The notes beneath the pieces are model-generated. The model was given only the letters and a program-made list of their open reading frames with translations. It ran no database searches and was not told the DNA's origin. A program made the position numbers and the translations under genes. From positions 2,232,001-2,296,000 of the forward strand of contig JAYWIR010000014.1 in NCBI GenBank assembly GCA_036172245.1: a stretch of 64,000 nt of DNA. Reading direction: 5' to 3'. Positions within the stretch are counted from its first letter, which is position 1. Every line of letters starts with the position of its first letter. The DNA comes from Raillietiella orientalis. Lineage: Eukaryota. Below, one piece after another: positions 49,200 through 63,130 of this stretch.

Positions 49200-51200
49200 G
49201 GAAACTCTAGTGAAGGTCTTCAGCTACCTTCACCAGAGTTCAACGTGAAAGTTGTTCATGAGAGTCGGTTACGGGGGAGGGAGGAAGACAGATGGAGCTG
49301 TCTAGCGACTGACTTCCTTCAGAGTTTCCCTCAGGACAGCTTACTTTCGTCGAGGCGGAAGGAAGACACGAAGCCTCATCAGATAAAACGGATGGTTGGA
49401 GACCCAGGGACCAAAAGCCAGCCAAATCTAAACGCCAAAGGGACGAGGAATCCGATTCGCTTGGACACGGGAGCTCAGACTCTCGGATCCGCAAGTGACC
49501 CCAGTGGGTCAGCTGTGACAAGGAGTGGGGTTGAGATATGAACGGGGAGTTGGCTTACGGAGCTGGACGCTATGCGCGTAAGGTACTATGGAAGGCGTGT
49601 TGCCTTCTGTGTTCAGCACGCCCGTGGTAACCTTGGAAATCGGACTCGGCCTGAGGAGTTTGCAACGATTCATCTTTTGAAGAAATCAGCCCTGGAGATG
49701 AGTCGAGCTCGAAAGTCGAAGACCCGAATCCATCCACCAGCACAGGGGCGTTTCTGCCTCCCAGCATTCTTCAAGGCCCGCGTCGGAGGCCACGTGGTTG
49801 CGGTCTCCGTGCGTGGCACCAGGCGTCGCGGGTTTGAATACTAGAGAAGAATCGGCATCGAAAATCGGGTGCGTCGTGGGTTCGAGTACCTCCTGCAAGA
49901 TGACGCTGATTGGTTCATATTCATTCGGGTGCGGCACTGGTAGCGGTTCAAATAGGATGCCCCCGGTGAGTGACCGGACGGAACAATGCGAGTCGACCTT
50001 CCGGGGTTCAGAATCAAGGAGTCTGTTTCCCTTCGAGTTTCCCTTCCGATTGTACAAAGGATCGAACCCCTCCCCCTTCGAGGAGGACCTTTCCGTCCCG
50101 TATCATGGAACTGGTTGATACCTCTCCAGAGCGCAAAGAAGCGTGCCGCTCTTTTCGGGGAGCGCCCTTCAGAGAAAATTCGGAAGCGTCTCCTCGAGGT
50201 TCTCTCCAGAGAAGCAAACAGGAGGTTGCCTTGCGGGGTCCCTCTATAGAAGAAAAAATTGAGCGATCCTCTCTGGGGGTTCCTTCCGGGTTTCCTTCAG
50301 AGACAACCAGGGTGGAGGTTCTTTTCGGGGATCCCTATTCAGGCCTGAGAGGAACGGACTTCCTTTCTCCGGAGGTCCTTCTTGGATTTATAGGGTGGCC
50401 CCTCCCGGAGTACTTCCTATAACTTGAAGAGTTAACCCACACCCTAGGGAGGTGTGGAACAGAGTCAAAGAGTCGCGTGAGCCGCCAGGCGCGTAACGGC
50501 TCTCGAGGTACTCGGCGAACCAAAAAGAAGCTGAAAAGAAAATAGCAAAGAAGGAAAAGAACCCAAAAGGTTTTTTATCGTCCAGCAGGTTCCTCGCGCC
50601 TCGGCGAACAGAAAGGCCCACAGAAGGAAAGCTGCGCACGGAATAGTTGGGACGCGTGCTCTGCTGGAGCCTCCTGCTGGCACGGATCTTGGTGGCGGTG
50701 GCAAATACTCCGGCTAGTTCCTGGAGTTGCGATGCGGGGGAAGGTTCTGTGCGAAGACCTCTGGGCGTGGTTCTCTGAGAAAATCGAATCGAGGTGCTCG
50801 CCGATTGTTTCAGGAAGTGGGTCGCGCTTCCCACCGAACCACGCCAAGCGAATTTTAGAAACGTGAAGCGATAACCTAAGGAATTCGATGCTCGAAGAAT
50901 GAGATTGAAGAAGGGATGCTCTTTTCCAGCGGCACGTCGTCGTCCTTACCGAGGCAGGTGATTCCAAACACATCTCGTGCTCCTGAAGCTCCGAAAGTTG
51001 CGTTGCAACGTCCATCGTCCCTAGACGCATGTGCTGGAAAGTTATCTTGAGGCAGCGGTGGTACTCCAGTATTTTACTAAAGAGGAGTGCGTAGGTGTCC
51101 TTTCAACAAATCGACTGTCAGGCAGCATGGAATTAACGTCTCCTCATTTCAGCCACCATTACTGGATTGATGCGATTCTCGCTTCAAGAGACTGAGCAAG
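49200..51200 (+). mobile_element. Decayed LINE: ORF1 knuckle, family A segment, endonuclease start
   Basis: RVRYYGRRVAFCVQHARGN (V.Y....FC..C..GH) at ~49575, then copy A6, then SSWSCDAG...NRIEVLA/QE (SWNCRG...D..LQE) at ~50715-50820. Confidence 0.5.
49776..50580 (+). repeat. Family A repeat, copy A6 (most complete)
   Basis: Head GCCCGCGTCGGAGGCCACGTGGTT...GCGGGTTTGAAT, second B-box-like GGGTTCGAGT at ~49878, core CCTCTCCAGAG at 50121, and an A/G-rich tract at 50520-50570. Confidence 0.9.
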
Positions 51201-54200
51201 AGTTCCTCACGAAGCTGCGAGATAATCAATTCTAAACTTAGCTCAGGATGAACTCAAGGAAATCAGTGCAGTTGGATTATCCCGACTGCACTCTCCGTGG
51301 CATTCGTGAGGCCTGAGCAGCGAGAAGGCAAGGTGGACTGAACGGGAAATTTTTTTTCCAGAAACTAACAGGATGCCAATCACATAATATTGAAGACGCA
51401 GATGGGAAGCCATCTTGGAAGCAGAGTCGCGATGCATTCATGAAGAAGGAAGGCTGGATCTGCTGGCTGCATCTGACCAAGTGCACTCTCAAGTTTGCAG
51501 GGTTCCGCGAATTTTGCAAGAAACCAAGCTGTTCTTGGATAATGAAACTATGAAATCAGAAATCATCACTATCCAGGAAACCAGTGGAGAATGATTTTGA
51601 TGATCGTTATTCCCGAGAGTCATGTAGCTGAAACTTGGGTGGATATTCCAATTGAGAGAGTCCATCCAAAGCCTAAAACAGAATGTCACCAAGTTCCAAG
51701 TATTTATTCTACAAGGAAACCGAATAAAGCTGCCTGCTTCCACGAAAGCGTCATCTTGCGGAAACTACGTGCAAGCAGTCAACACCAGCGCAGATGAGAG
51801 AAGGTTTAAATTCATTTATCTTGATGAAAATAGTCTCAACCCATTTCGGTGCATATTTACTCTCCCTTGTTGCTGAAAACTGTCCCCGAATTTTCTAGCT
51901 CCTCTTCCGCTTGCATGCCTCAAGCACTCGCGTTCTCCCACTGCCCAGAGTGAACTGTAGGTAAAAGTTGCCATCAGCTTGTGGTTAGCCATTAGCATAT
52001 CAGCAGATATCCGTTCAGAGAATCCATACTCGATGCAGGCTCCCTTCTTTACATTTTTATTCACATCATCTTTTATTCATGCTCGTTTCGTTTCACCTGA
52101 CTTGCAAACTCGTCACCTATTGTATCTTCTCGTTGATAAGAGTCACTTCTGAGAGGAAAATGCATTTAGGGATTCAAGCACTATTGTGGCACACCTTGCA
52201 TCCTAGAGAACAATCAGAAGTTGGTTCAAATGAATTTCGTAGTCTTTCTTCGTATCTGTTTGCAATCACACGGACTCCGACTGGATTAGCTCGGAAGAAA
52301 AGGAAAGAGAATTTTCTATTGTGAGCACAAACTGATTCCTCCTTTTGATCCGAAAGAGGCTGTCTTTTGTGTTCTCTGCATTATTAAATATGAATAAGGT
52401 ATTAACTTAATATTCCAGAAGTCAGTGCAGCAGGAAGCAGACAGAAAAGGATGGATGGCTTTTTTTAATCAGTATTTGCTATTAATTTTCAATAAAAGGA
52501 ACGAGAGGTAGGTATGTTTTTTTTGGTTACTGGTATAATTATGTTCATGAGGGCGTAAGAAGGAAGACATTCGACATTTCCATTTTAGCATTTTTTTTTG
52601 CTTGTTTGTTTGTTACAGAATCGTCTTGCAAACTCATTTTGTGGTCCAAAGATCTCTAAAACAGATGTGGAAAATCTTGCTCTTAGCCAAAAGACCGAGA
52701 AGCGATGTGGAAAACACTCGAACTGCCTTCTGAAAACAGAAATTCCATTAATGAAACAGCATTTGTAGGACCCAAAACGTTTTGTGACCTATTTTTGCAA
52801 GCACCTGTTATCGTAGTCTCATGGTTTCTTATTCTAAAAAGCGATATGAGAATACTATTCTATTATTACACAATAGTAATGTAACCGCTTAAATTATAAT
52901 CAGAATCATGTGACACTGTGAACATGCATAGAGAAAGAGATGGACGGATAGCACGTAAATAAAATAGAATCAAAGCATTATTCAGTGCAGTCGTTCCATT
53001 TGTTGAGTTATTATAGCTTCCCTATTGCAGAGTAGTGGAATTGCCGGAGATTTGAAGAAGGTTTACGCAAAATTTCAGGGAAGTGATCAACTCGAAAATC
53101 AAAGGCATCTCAGCAGCGGCGGGAGACCGGGGAAGGAGACAAGGGAACTGGGGAAGGCAAATGTCTGCAAAATCTCTGTGAATCTGCTCCGTGAACGTGC
53201 ACGATAGCTCCCTGAGCAAAATCTTTCGGATTTCACCGAAAGAATCGAAGGTGCAAATGTAGAAATCAAAGATTATCTGTATTCATTTACCAAGTTTCCT
53301 GCTAGGCAAGCAGGATGGATGGGAAATTGCTGCTAGGCAGAGTCCCATTTACATAATTAATACTCAGTTTCTTTGAGCATACACTTCCCAGTACCCACTT
53401 CGGTTTTCAATATTCCTCGACAGACCCTCCTGACTTTTGCCAACAGCTCATATCTTTTGGTAACTGCATTCTTCGGAAGCCTACCTGCAGCAAGAAACAT
53501 CTGACACTCAGTGAACTTAATTCTATTCGAGTTGACGGCAACCAAACTTCAAACGAGTGGGAATGCATTTTGAAAACTTAGAGGTGAGTGAGAATTGGTC
53601 TCCGATTTCTTCTGCCTCCTTGGCGAATTTCCGTTTCCTTTGAGATTTGACAACTTGTGCTGTGTGCCGCACAGATTTCCTTTCATGCTATTGTCTTTTG
53701 AATTCCTGCGCTCTCTGCTTCTCACTGCGAACCGCAAATTGCGTACTTTTCGAATCTGATATGCTTTGAAATTCAATGTTCTGCCTCCCTGCTTTTCTCT
53801 CATGCGCTGTCAGGACTGCAAAAATTTCTTCAATTCCAAAGGCGGGCAAGGATAGCCGGTCATGAGATTAGTAAGCTAACAAGAATACTCGAAGCTAATC
53901 ATGGAAATGAGCTGGGAGTCTCCCAATCACTGGCCTATCTTAAAGAAGAGACCTTATTTCCTTCCGTGCGTTAACATTTCATCAAAATCCTCAAAAATAG
54001 TAGAAACTCTGCTGGCGCAATGTTAGGGATAGAAGCCTGTTTTCTTGATAGAGTTAGAGAAATTGAGGCTAATGTCACTCGAAAGACAGATCGAAAGCAG
54101 TCCTTGATAGCAAAGTTTTCTTCCTAAAACTATTTATGCCTTTCAATTTGTCCTTCACTTTAGATACGACTCTTCTTATTTAATGGTTTCAGCGATCAAT

Positions 54201-56199
54201 TTTACAAGAATGCGAAGGCTAATCTTTGAATTTTTTGCCACCAGGTCCTGAGGACATATCTTTGGGACATATAAGAATCCAAAGATCAAAAATCCAATAT
54301 CTGGGACCGGGAACAAATGTGCTGTTATCCACGATTATCTTCCGATTGTTTCAGTGGTCTTTGGAGTTTTTTCTTGAAAGTACCTTTTACAGTGCACTTC
54401 AGTGGGTCTTGTTTATTCGAATTTGGAGCATCTTGTTGCATCTCGTTGGAAAATCTGCCTCTTGTTCCAACTAAATGCTCTTCATTGTTTTCCTTCTTCG
54501 AATCAAGCACTTCCATTGAATGAGAATTAACACTTTCCTCCATATTCTCCATCCTCTGTCTCGTTAACATAAATTATTCAAAATCTTATTGATCTTATTG
54601 ATTAGTTAGCTCCGCCACAAGGGGTTCCAGTTTCCATCCATATGTTTAAAGGATCCATATTTCTTTCTTCAAATTATTAACTTTGAAACTGGAAGCTCTG
54701 TTCCGTGAAGACTAAGGAAAACAAGAGTACTTGTGGGACTCCTTGATTTCTTAATAGACTTAGTTGCAACTGGTTTCCAACCTTCCCAAAGTTTCCTGTC
54801 CAAAATGCCTCTCGGTCTCACGGAAAGTCAAAAGCAGATGAATGCTGTCCTCGTCTATGGCCACTTTCAGCAATACTGCTTTTTTTTAAAAAAAAGAAAA
54901 AAAATTCCCACTACTGTCAAATGCTTTCGAATTTCAAATGCTGATAGATGGTTTAACCACTCACCAGTTTGCATCTTAGTCACTCAAGATGCAGCATCGC
55001 ATCACGTTTTTTCTTTGCTGTGGATTCAGAAATAAATGCCAAGAGGAATTTGTTTCTGAGCCATCAATTGGAAGCTGTTCCCATTTGCTGTAAACTTGGA
55101 GTACCTGAACACCATTATGAAGACGCTCAAAAATAAAAAGCCGGAAGAATAAAAATTATGGATTCTCTTAAGCCAGATGGAAAGGCAAAGAGAGCAAAAA
55201 GCAAACGGAAGCTAGGAATAGGCGGAAACTTTGGAAAGCATTACTTTACAGCATAACAAGGAACACTTTGCACCCCGAATTTTAATTGCTGGCTTTTAAC
55301 TACAGATGGCACCATAGCTTGTGGTCGCTATTTCTTTTTCCTTTCTTTCTTTCCGGTTTTCGTGTTTTGTTTTGTTTTGTTTTTCGCTTTGTTTGACTAG
55401 AAGTAGTCGATAGTGAAAAAGGTTAGGATTCGCTTTTGACTACTCCTTTTTCGTCCAGCATTCCCATACATTCCTGGTGGCTTGCTGGCCTATGAGCTCA
55501 GTGCTCAGTGAGAAGCGACAAAGCGGAAAGCACGCAGCTACACGGAAACACCCATCCGCTCGTTGTCAATATGAGCATTGGTGCACATCTTTTCAAACAC
55601 ATGCATGTTATTTCATGTGTTGATCGATGAGACATATGATTTGCCACAGTGTGGTCATTCAAGAAAAGATTGAGAATTATTGTCCGTTTGATTGATTAAC
55701 ACAATTGCATTTGTATCCATAGCATCCAGTATGCTACAGTTCGCAAGCCACGATTCATTTTACTACTTTGATGTTGCCTTGATAAAAAGGATCTTTCACG
55801 ATTCCACAGCCGACACCACTTCCAGAGGTGACAGGAGGCAGTCCGTATGCAACTGGCAGCAATCGTGAATATCGTTAATGCGCAGGAAGTCTTGAGCGGA
55901 AGCGGAAGCTGTTAAGGTGAAGGGCATTTTAAAGAAATTGCAGTCGATTCGCACTTTTGCATTTGGGGATCAAAAGAAGCTAACGGACCGGTCCTCTAAC
56001 TGCAACCGGTGGATCTCGTGTGCGTGAGCGTCAACTCTTCGATGAGAAATCGTTTCTGTCGTCGGGTTCTACATCTTAGAGACCGGTACATTCAAATCGC
56101 CTAACTAATGAGGAGGGAGCTGAGGGTTTCTTTCTGGAAGCGAAGAATCGGAAAAACTGCTCCACATGTTCCACAATCTTTCAGATGAACTCCTTCGTT

Positions 56200-59100
56200 T
56201 CAGCTATAGGATCACGGTATCTTAGACCGTTGGTTCTTTCCACGGTTATCAATCAATGATTTGAATCCACAAGCAAGAAGTCTGACTCAATCTCGTTACC
56301 CGCTTGCGTGATGATCAAGAAAGAATGAATGACTACCCATGCTCCGGATGAGTTTTCGGAGAAACTTCGCTTTACGCTTCTTTCCTGAAAGTCTGAAAAT
56401 AACGCAAGAAAGCAGAGAAAATGAGTTCTTTGAAGTGTCTTTGAAAGGTCTTGTCCCCAAAGACACTGCGATGGCACGATTCGAATCTTCGAACTCTGAA
56501 CTGGGGATGCAAATTCTGGCATGAAATTGTCGAATTTGCATGATCCCCGGATGACACCAATGAAATAACCCATAAGCAGGATGTTCTTCCAAATAAGAAA
56601 ATAATTTTAGGGTTTGAGAGAGCTTTTGGTTCCGCATGCAAATGTGAGGAAATAACAACTCTTTCAAAGAAGCACAAGGATTGGCTCGTTGTAGTTGGAT
56701 CTTGCGTTTCCTTGCAGCTCAGCAGGTGATGCTTTGCGTTGAAGGGATGGAATGATTTTTAGAACAATGTTTGTCTGCACCATTTGCCTTTGGAAGTGTT
56801 CCTTCCTTCCTTCCATAAGCCCCCTCCTCAGAAACCTACATCCCATCTCTGTAAGGCGAAGCCCCGTGCGTTCCCTTACTCTTCGTGAGCCATGCATCGC
56901 GTGCCTCCCCAAAGACAAGGAACCGTAGATTTCAAAACGGCTTAGAAACGTATTCTTTCCACTTACTGACCAGCCACCTTGAAGACGGAAGTAATTTCTG
57001 TCCTAGCGTAAATTCCATTCGCATATGAACTTTACATTAGTAGTGTGACCTCTTGACGGTTGCGAATTCTTAGATAGGCTTGGATATCTGTTTTTCTTTG
57101 CTGCCTAAAGTTTGACTAGTCACCTCAGAAGCAATAGAAGAATTAAAGGATTTTTTTTTTCTCGGAGCATCTCGATTTTTTCTGATAGAAGATTGAGAAG
57201 AGTGCCCTTGGGAGGTGTATTTTTCTCTTCCTATTTTGCATAGCCTAAGGCAGGAGATGGCTCCTGACATCTGTCTGAACTATCATTCGAGGCTTTTCCC
57301 AGAGTCGTTCATGACGGTAGACCTGCAAGACTTTAATCGAATGAGGGGGAATTCACCCTTTAACTGGATGTCCACCTGAACCAGAGATTTCAGCAAATGG
57401 TCTTTCCGTTTGCCTATGGTACACCCATGCATGTCTCTGACTACTTTGCTCTCGCGGAAAGTAACTATTTTGTCATTTAGTCCTTTCGCATCACTGTGGG
57501 ATCCTGGTGTTTAACGCCCCATCCTGGTCTCCCTTGTTGGTTTCGAAATATTCGTGATCCTCACAAATATTCTGCTGCCCTCAATCTTTGGAAGAATCGT
57601 GGGGAGAGCCCTCCTAGGTACTGCCCTTTGTGCAAAACCAGACGGGTTGTCAGACGGTGACATTCTGGAGACTACAAAGGAGTCCAATTCTGTGATGTAC
57701 AGAGCAATCGTGTCAGCCATGATGATAACACGATCGGTAACCTCCCGTTACTCTTCCCCACTTTACGGTTAAGTCTCCCCTTGTAACAATCAACCGTTCC
57801 TGCTAATCTCAACTACCCCAACACCTTGACAAGGGAACGTCTTGGGGAAACGCCGTGCCTCCATGTTTTTTATGAATGCGAGATCGGTAGGGCTTCTTTC
57901 CACAGCGGGGGATTTTCCACGTATTTTCCGCGGGTGATGCGACGTGGAAGTCAGCGTTTCGGAAGCAGAACGATTCGACTTGGATCGATACCGAGATCTC
58001 CGAGAACTGCAAAGAGAGAGATTTTTGCTTATGAATCCAAGATGAAGTTATTCCCAGAATTCAGGTAACGCTTCGTCAACGAAGTCGTGCTCTCCTTGCG
58101 AAAATGGCGTTCATTCCGGGAGGGGGGTGAATATTCATGAATTTAGAGGATATATACCCTTGAGAAAGTATTTCCATGATGAGAAATCCACTAGAGACAG
58201 GCCTCATTCGAACCGGTGCATGCGACTGCTCGGAAACTGAAATCCTTGATAAGTGCTTTCATTACAAACTAAATGCGTCTGTGCTAATGCCGATCTACTT
58301 GGTTCCATTTCACAATGTGATGATGAATTTCAACTGCATCCCTTAATAGATGATGTTCGTAATGAAGCTGCCAACCGGATCGCATTTAGGAAGTAAATCG
58401 AAATGGCGGACGGAAAGCCACCTGTGATAACTAGCACGAATGAGATTCGTGCTGATTTCGAGTTGTGAGGCTTTTCGTCTGCTTGCTCGATCCCTCCCCC
58501 TTCCCCATCCCCTAATACTACATTTAGAATACAGGGAAAAGGAACCAACTCTTGGTTTCCATTCCGTTGACTGGTCTGAACTAACATGCACGCACCTGCG
58601 TTCGAAAATCCTCGAGCAGGGTTGCCAATGTAGCAGCCTTCCCTCTGGATCTAGAGTTTTTGGAAACCCATTTAGCGGCTAAAAACATTTGATCCCTCTG
58701 AGCGGGTATTCTAGCGGTTTTCAAATCACTGGCCGCCGCAGTTGACGGGCTTTTCATGGCTGCGAGCAAAATTCTCAGTGACAGATGTTGTAAAAAGTCT
58801 TTAAATGGAATTCCGGATATTTTATCCACACCCGCTTCCATCTTCGTGGATGTGGGGTCACATTAGCAACTTATCGATAAAGATTGTCGAGGAAAACGAC
58901 TTCCTCATTATTAAAATATTTCTATTAAAATATTTTTCATATTTACGCGGTGGTTGTTGTGGTGCAGCGCCAACTCCTTTTGAGTACAAAATTACAAGTT
59001 TCAGACTGTTTCTTTTGACTGTAGGTGATAAGACCGGCGGTGCGGCGCTCACCTGACAAATGTATCGAGCACGTGATCAACAGTTACTTGTTAGTTTGTA

Positions 59101-59650
59101 TTTTATTTTTGTACTATTGAATCCGAAGATTAAACGGCATTAAATGACTTAATACTAATAGTAATAAATTCCTAGGCATTAAAATCTGGAGATTTTTTTT
59201 TTTTGGGGAAAATTGGGGGTTTTCGAAGACCATTCCATTAACTTCTGTTGGCAACCCTGTCCTCGAGCAATGCGCCAGGCGTTTATGGGAGGTGGCGACA
59301 TGCATTCGTTGAACACCGTGGACGGAAAATCCAGACTTCTTGAACTCAGATCCGTAAAAGTAAAAGTGTGCTTCATTACGGAAGGAATTTTGCACCAATG
59401 CTTCATCTGAGGGTCTTGAAGGAAGCCGGAAAAGAAAAGAAAAAATTTTTTTCCTGTTCTTGTGAGATTTCCTCTCGAGAAAGAAAACTTGCGATCGAGT
59501 CCGAAAGTCAGAGTCTGACCCGGTGCAAGACCAAACTTCGGTCAGCACATCCATATGGCCTCTACTCAAAGTTCTTTTCAGGCAAGCACTCGTCTGCGCT
59601 ATTCCTTCATGTCGCTGTGGCATTCATTCGCCTACTTCCTTCGAACATGG
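56200..59650 (-). mobile_element. Decayed Ty1/Copia pol relic
   Basis: Minus strand, in Copia order: HKRLAHCSRTGL (gag-pre-integrase WHKRLGH.S..GL), SFVLVITGGFPSAISIYFL (YF...IDDFSR...YFL), GKKPYRSRI...GGTAF..VP, DRVIIMAD (KVIISRD), GYFIGV (YFLGI). Confidence 0.45.
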
Positions 59651-59999
59651 GGGTCGGACTAAGGAGTGGGTCGAAAGTTTCACGTGCGTCTGCACACCAA
59701 TGTGTACCAATGCAGCATCACGGGCGAGGGGAGGAGGCTCGTCGTTCTCAAAGCTGAGGCAGACGTGAGCGTGATTGAGACCTACAAAAGGCTCTTCTTC
59801 GGTCCAGTATCTTTCGGCAAAAGGATCAGACGACTTGCGTAGCCTTCCATGCGTAAATGAGTGTACGAGGTGTTGGAAAGAAATAGTTTCCACTCCAACA
59901 AGGAGTGCTTCTTTCTCCCTTTTGCAGTCTCGCCTTCCAGCAAACCTCAGCTCTTGCGTAGCATGCAACTGCAGCTGGTGCGCTTTTTAGGGTGCTCTG

Positions 60000-62340
60000 A
60001 AGAACCCGACCGACTGCACCACTCCTAGACACGCTTTTTTTGGAGGCTTCTCGGACCACTTTGCTGTGAGATGTCTGAAGGAATGAATGGCCGCAGAGAA
60101 GAAATGGCCAAGTCAGACGCGCCTAACAGGCCAAACAGGAGCCTGACTCTCTCAAGCTCGGCAGGCGCTGCCCCAGATATCTCTGCAACACAACAATATT
60201 AGGAGGACCCGAGGCATCGGGATGCGGTCGCTCGAATGGCCGCCAAGCCGAGGGCAGCTAATTCGGAGACCACTCAAATGTTCTTTCTCCTCGTCTTCTT
60301 CCGATAGGAAGCGCAGTTTTTGAGACAAACTCATGGGACCCGTGGGACCTTTGTGCCCCCAAGAGAAGCGAGCTGCAGAGGAGGAGAAGGACAGGGTAGA
60401 GGAAGACTGCTTTGATCTCAGGAGGAAAAAACTCGTTCAGAATTCTTTGAACTGAACTTCTTTCTCCTCCTCTTTCGGCAAGACCTATGGAACGCCGACA
60501 GCGCTTTCCTCGCTGTCTCATGCTTTTGCTCGAGTCTGTCCTTGAAACGTGCAAAGACACTTCGTAGCCACCCGACTCGCTTCCATTCCTTTCTCCTTCC
60601 TCTCAGGTCGCACGCTCAAGAGACTATAGGAGCTTCCGACCCGCATATACGGCAGCGGATATAGCACACGCGTGCCCTCTTGCTTTCCCACTAACTCAGG
60701 GATGACTTTCCGAGTGGTGGCAACTCGATCCTCCGTGGCTGGCCATATCGGCAGCAAAAGACAAACGGCAGCCGAGATTCCACAATAATGCACCACTCCA
60801 CAGCTTTCTCCCGGGAGATCTCTGTCGCTCTTCGCGTCCCAACACCTCCCACAGATTTTCTCCAAGGCGAACGCACACAATGGTGGGGTATACAACCTTC
60901 CTCACTTCTCCAAAGAATGACGCTGCTCCCACCGCTATCACTGCAAGTGCTGTTGCAAACACCGTCAGACAGAGCGTACCTCATCTGCTGTGGAGCAAAA
61001 CTCTTCTCCGTGTTCTCTCCTTCTCCTCTCTGTTCTCTTGAAGCTATGCTGAGGTCTCAGTGCTTTACGGTCTCTTCTCTCTCGGAGTCACTTCCCTGTT
61101 CCAATCCTCACCGAGGTCTCTATCCCTTCTCCGAAAGATTGTCAGATCCATCGGATTCGGGAATTCGTGCTCACCTCTCATCCTCCTGGATGACAGGTCC
61201 TCTTCCTCCCCCTCTTCTGCTGTCTAGCCAAGGCATGGGTAAGGGACTATCAGAGAGCCACACACAGGGAAAGCGGTAGGGAAGTGAGGACTCTAACCTG
61301 AAGGAGGTCAAACCGCGGTAGGGGGAGAGATTTGCCCGCGAAGCCTCCCAGAGGAACAGGGCTTCCTGGTTGCCGAAGTCGAAACCAACTGTGCCATTGA
61401 TCCTCTCTGCTCAAGATCTTTTCGAGACCCTTCTCGGGAAACGAAGTTTTTCGTGAGACAAAAACATCTGGAGCCACGTCTGCATGGGCAGACCGGAAGA
61501 AACGAAGTGGAAGAAGGTAAAGAAAGAGTTCTGTCGATTCCTGGATCGGTGGAAATTCGCGAGGGTCTGCCGTGGTTGCTTCGCTTCCAAGGACTGTGCT
61601 TGGAACTGGGGAGCCAGTGGTGAATGCTATGCTTCTTCCTGCCCCGCAATCCTCTTCTTCGTTGATGGATTCCGTCTGTCATTCACGTGATTGCACGAAA
61701 GCATTTTAGACATCTCTTCCGTCATTTCCAGCAGCCACTCCAAAGTGTAGCCTGGAGTCATGGAAACGGAAGGCACCAACACGAGTTTTTTTAAGTGACC
61801 TTCCTACTGGAGGATGATCGGATTGAAGGGGAATGGAAGGGGAATCCGGAAAGCAAAGACCCGCGACGAAGTCCACCGCGTACTTCCGCTGAACCACCTG
61901 GAAAGCAGCCACCAGCCACCACCGGAATGCTTTTCCCCACCGCTGAAGAAATATGCGTAAGGTGTGGTTTAGAAGAGGGGCATGCGAGTCTTCCAGGTGA
62001 AAAAAAGAAGACGCCGGGGATCTAGCTGCTCGGTAGCTGCTTTCTTTCTCCACCCGATCCACTGTAGCAATGGAAGGGAGGAGCGGGAGAAACACTGGCA
62101 ACACAAGAGCGCATGCGTACTCATAACCGATCTAATTCCTTCCCAGAGTTTCCCCTTCCCATGCCAGGTAGTGGGTCGCACGACCGCTGTCCAGCGGCGG
62201 GGCTGCGGAAGAACGAGGTTTCCCGTCTCCAAAACTCTGAAGATCTCTCGTAGCCGCGTTCCTCGAGTGATGTTACGGGCAAGCAGTCATCTTCCAAACG
62301 CCCTAGAATTTGATTTCCCGAATCGTATCCATCAGCCATC
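60000..62340 (-). mobile_element. Decayed LINE endonuclease and linker
   Basis: WRRET, SHAP...RIF...WWLVAAFQVV (YAP...W...GDFN.V), SPWKRSN...GIDR (TW...RIDR), and later RSPG. Confidence 0.5.
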
Positions 62341-63130
62341 ATTAAACTGTTTCCTTCTCACTTCAGAAATCCCATAAGTTCATATAGGCAATCGGAGAAT
62401 TTTTGGAGTTTTTACGGATCCGCGGAGTAGCCTCCTCTCATTTCGAGAAAATTTGATGTCAGCTATTAATCATGGTAATCACTGTAGAATTTGTGATGAA
62501 TATTTTATTGCAGGAAAGGAATTCGCCCCATTTTTCTTTTCCAGCTTTTAATTAGAAATCTTTTTTGCAGCTCCAGAATACCCGTCCGAACACATCAAGA
62601 GCTTCTTACACACCATTTTCCACGCGATCCTCTCTCCCTTCCCCTAAAGCACATTCTGCAGCAGCGGTGCCCCATTCTTCTTGTAACTGTAACGACTTTG
62701 CTTATGATTCTTGCAAGAAATTTCAGAAGTAATCGTAAACCGGAACATTTTCCTTTTTCTCTTTTTTTGGCGCTGGTTTTTCCCGTGAGTGTCCGGCGAA
62801 GGTGCCTGTGAACTTTCCTCCAAAATCGATACGAGCTTATAGTTTTTCGATAAATTCCCGAAGCCGCGCGTCCACGCCTGTGTGCGTGTTCTCTCAGATC
62901 ACTTAAGCTTGCAGAATAAGCACGCGGATCCAGGATCTGAATCCCGTCTTTACGAGCTGGTTTCGAATAACATCCTTCCGAACTTTAAACGATCCCTGCA
63001 AACGCGCTTCTTTGCTCGGGTAATGTTTGGGGTATCTGCACAGCATGTGCGCAAACAGGAAAATGCACACACACACTCAGGAGAAGGGGGCTGTTGAGAT
63101 CATGGAATTACCGCGCATTATCACACAGCA

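Noticed and set aside
49335..49390. Hammerhead ribozyme (CTGATGA...GAAA on the minus strand; similar at ~35226 on plus)
   Set aside because: Stem II does not close next to GAAA, and no stems I/III could be found.
51490..51600. ILQETKL / IITIQET as a separate LINE endonuclease
   Set aside because: These are isolated short matches without the other APE motifs in order.
61484..61690. FARVC as a plus-strand LINE ORF1
   Set aside because: The same DNA fits better as minus-strand endonuclease (TW...IDR) with colinear neighbouring motifs.
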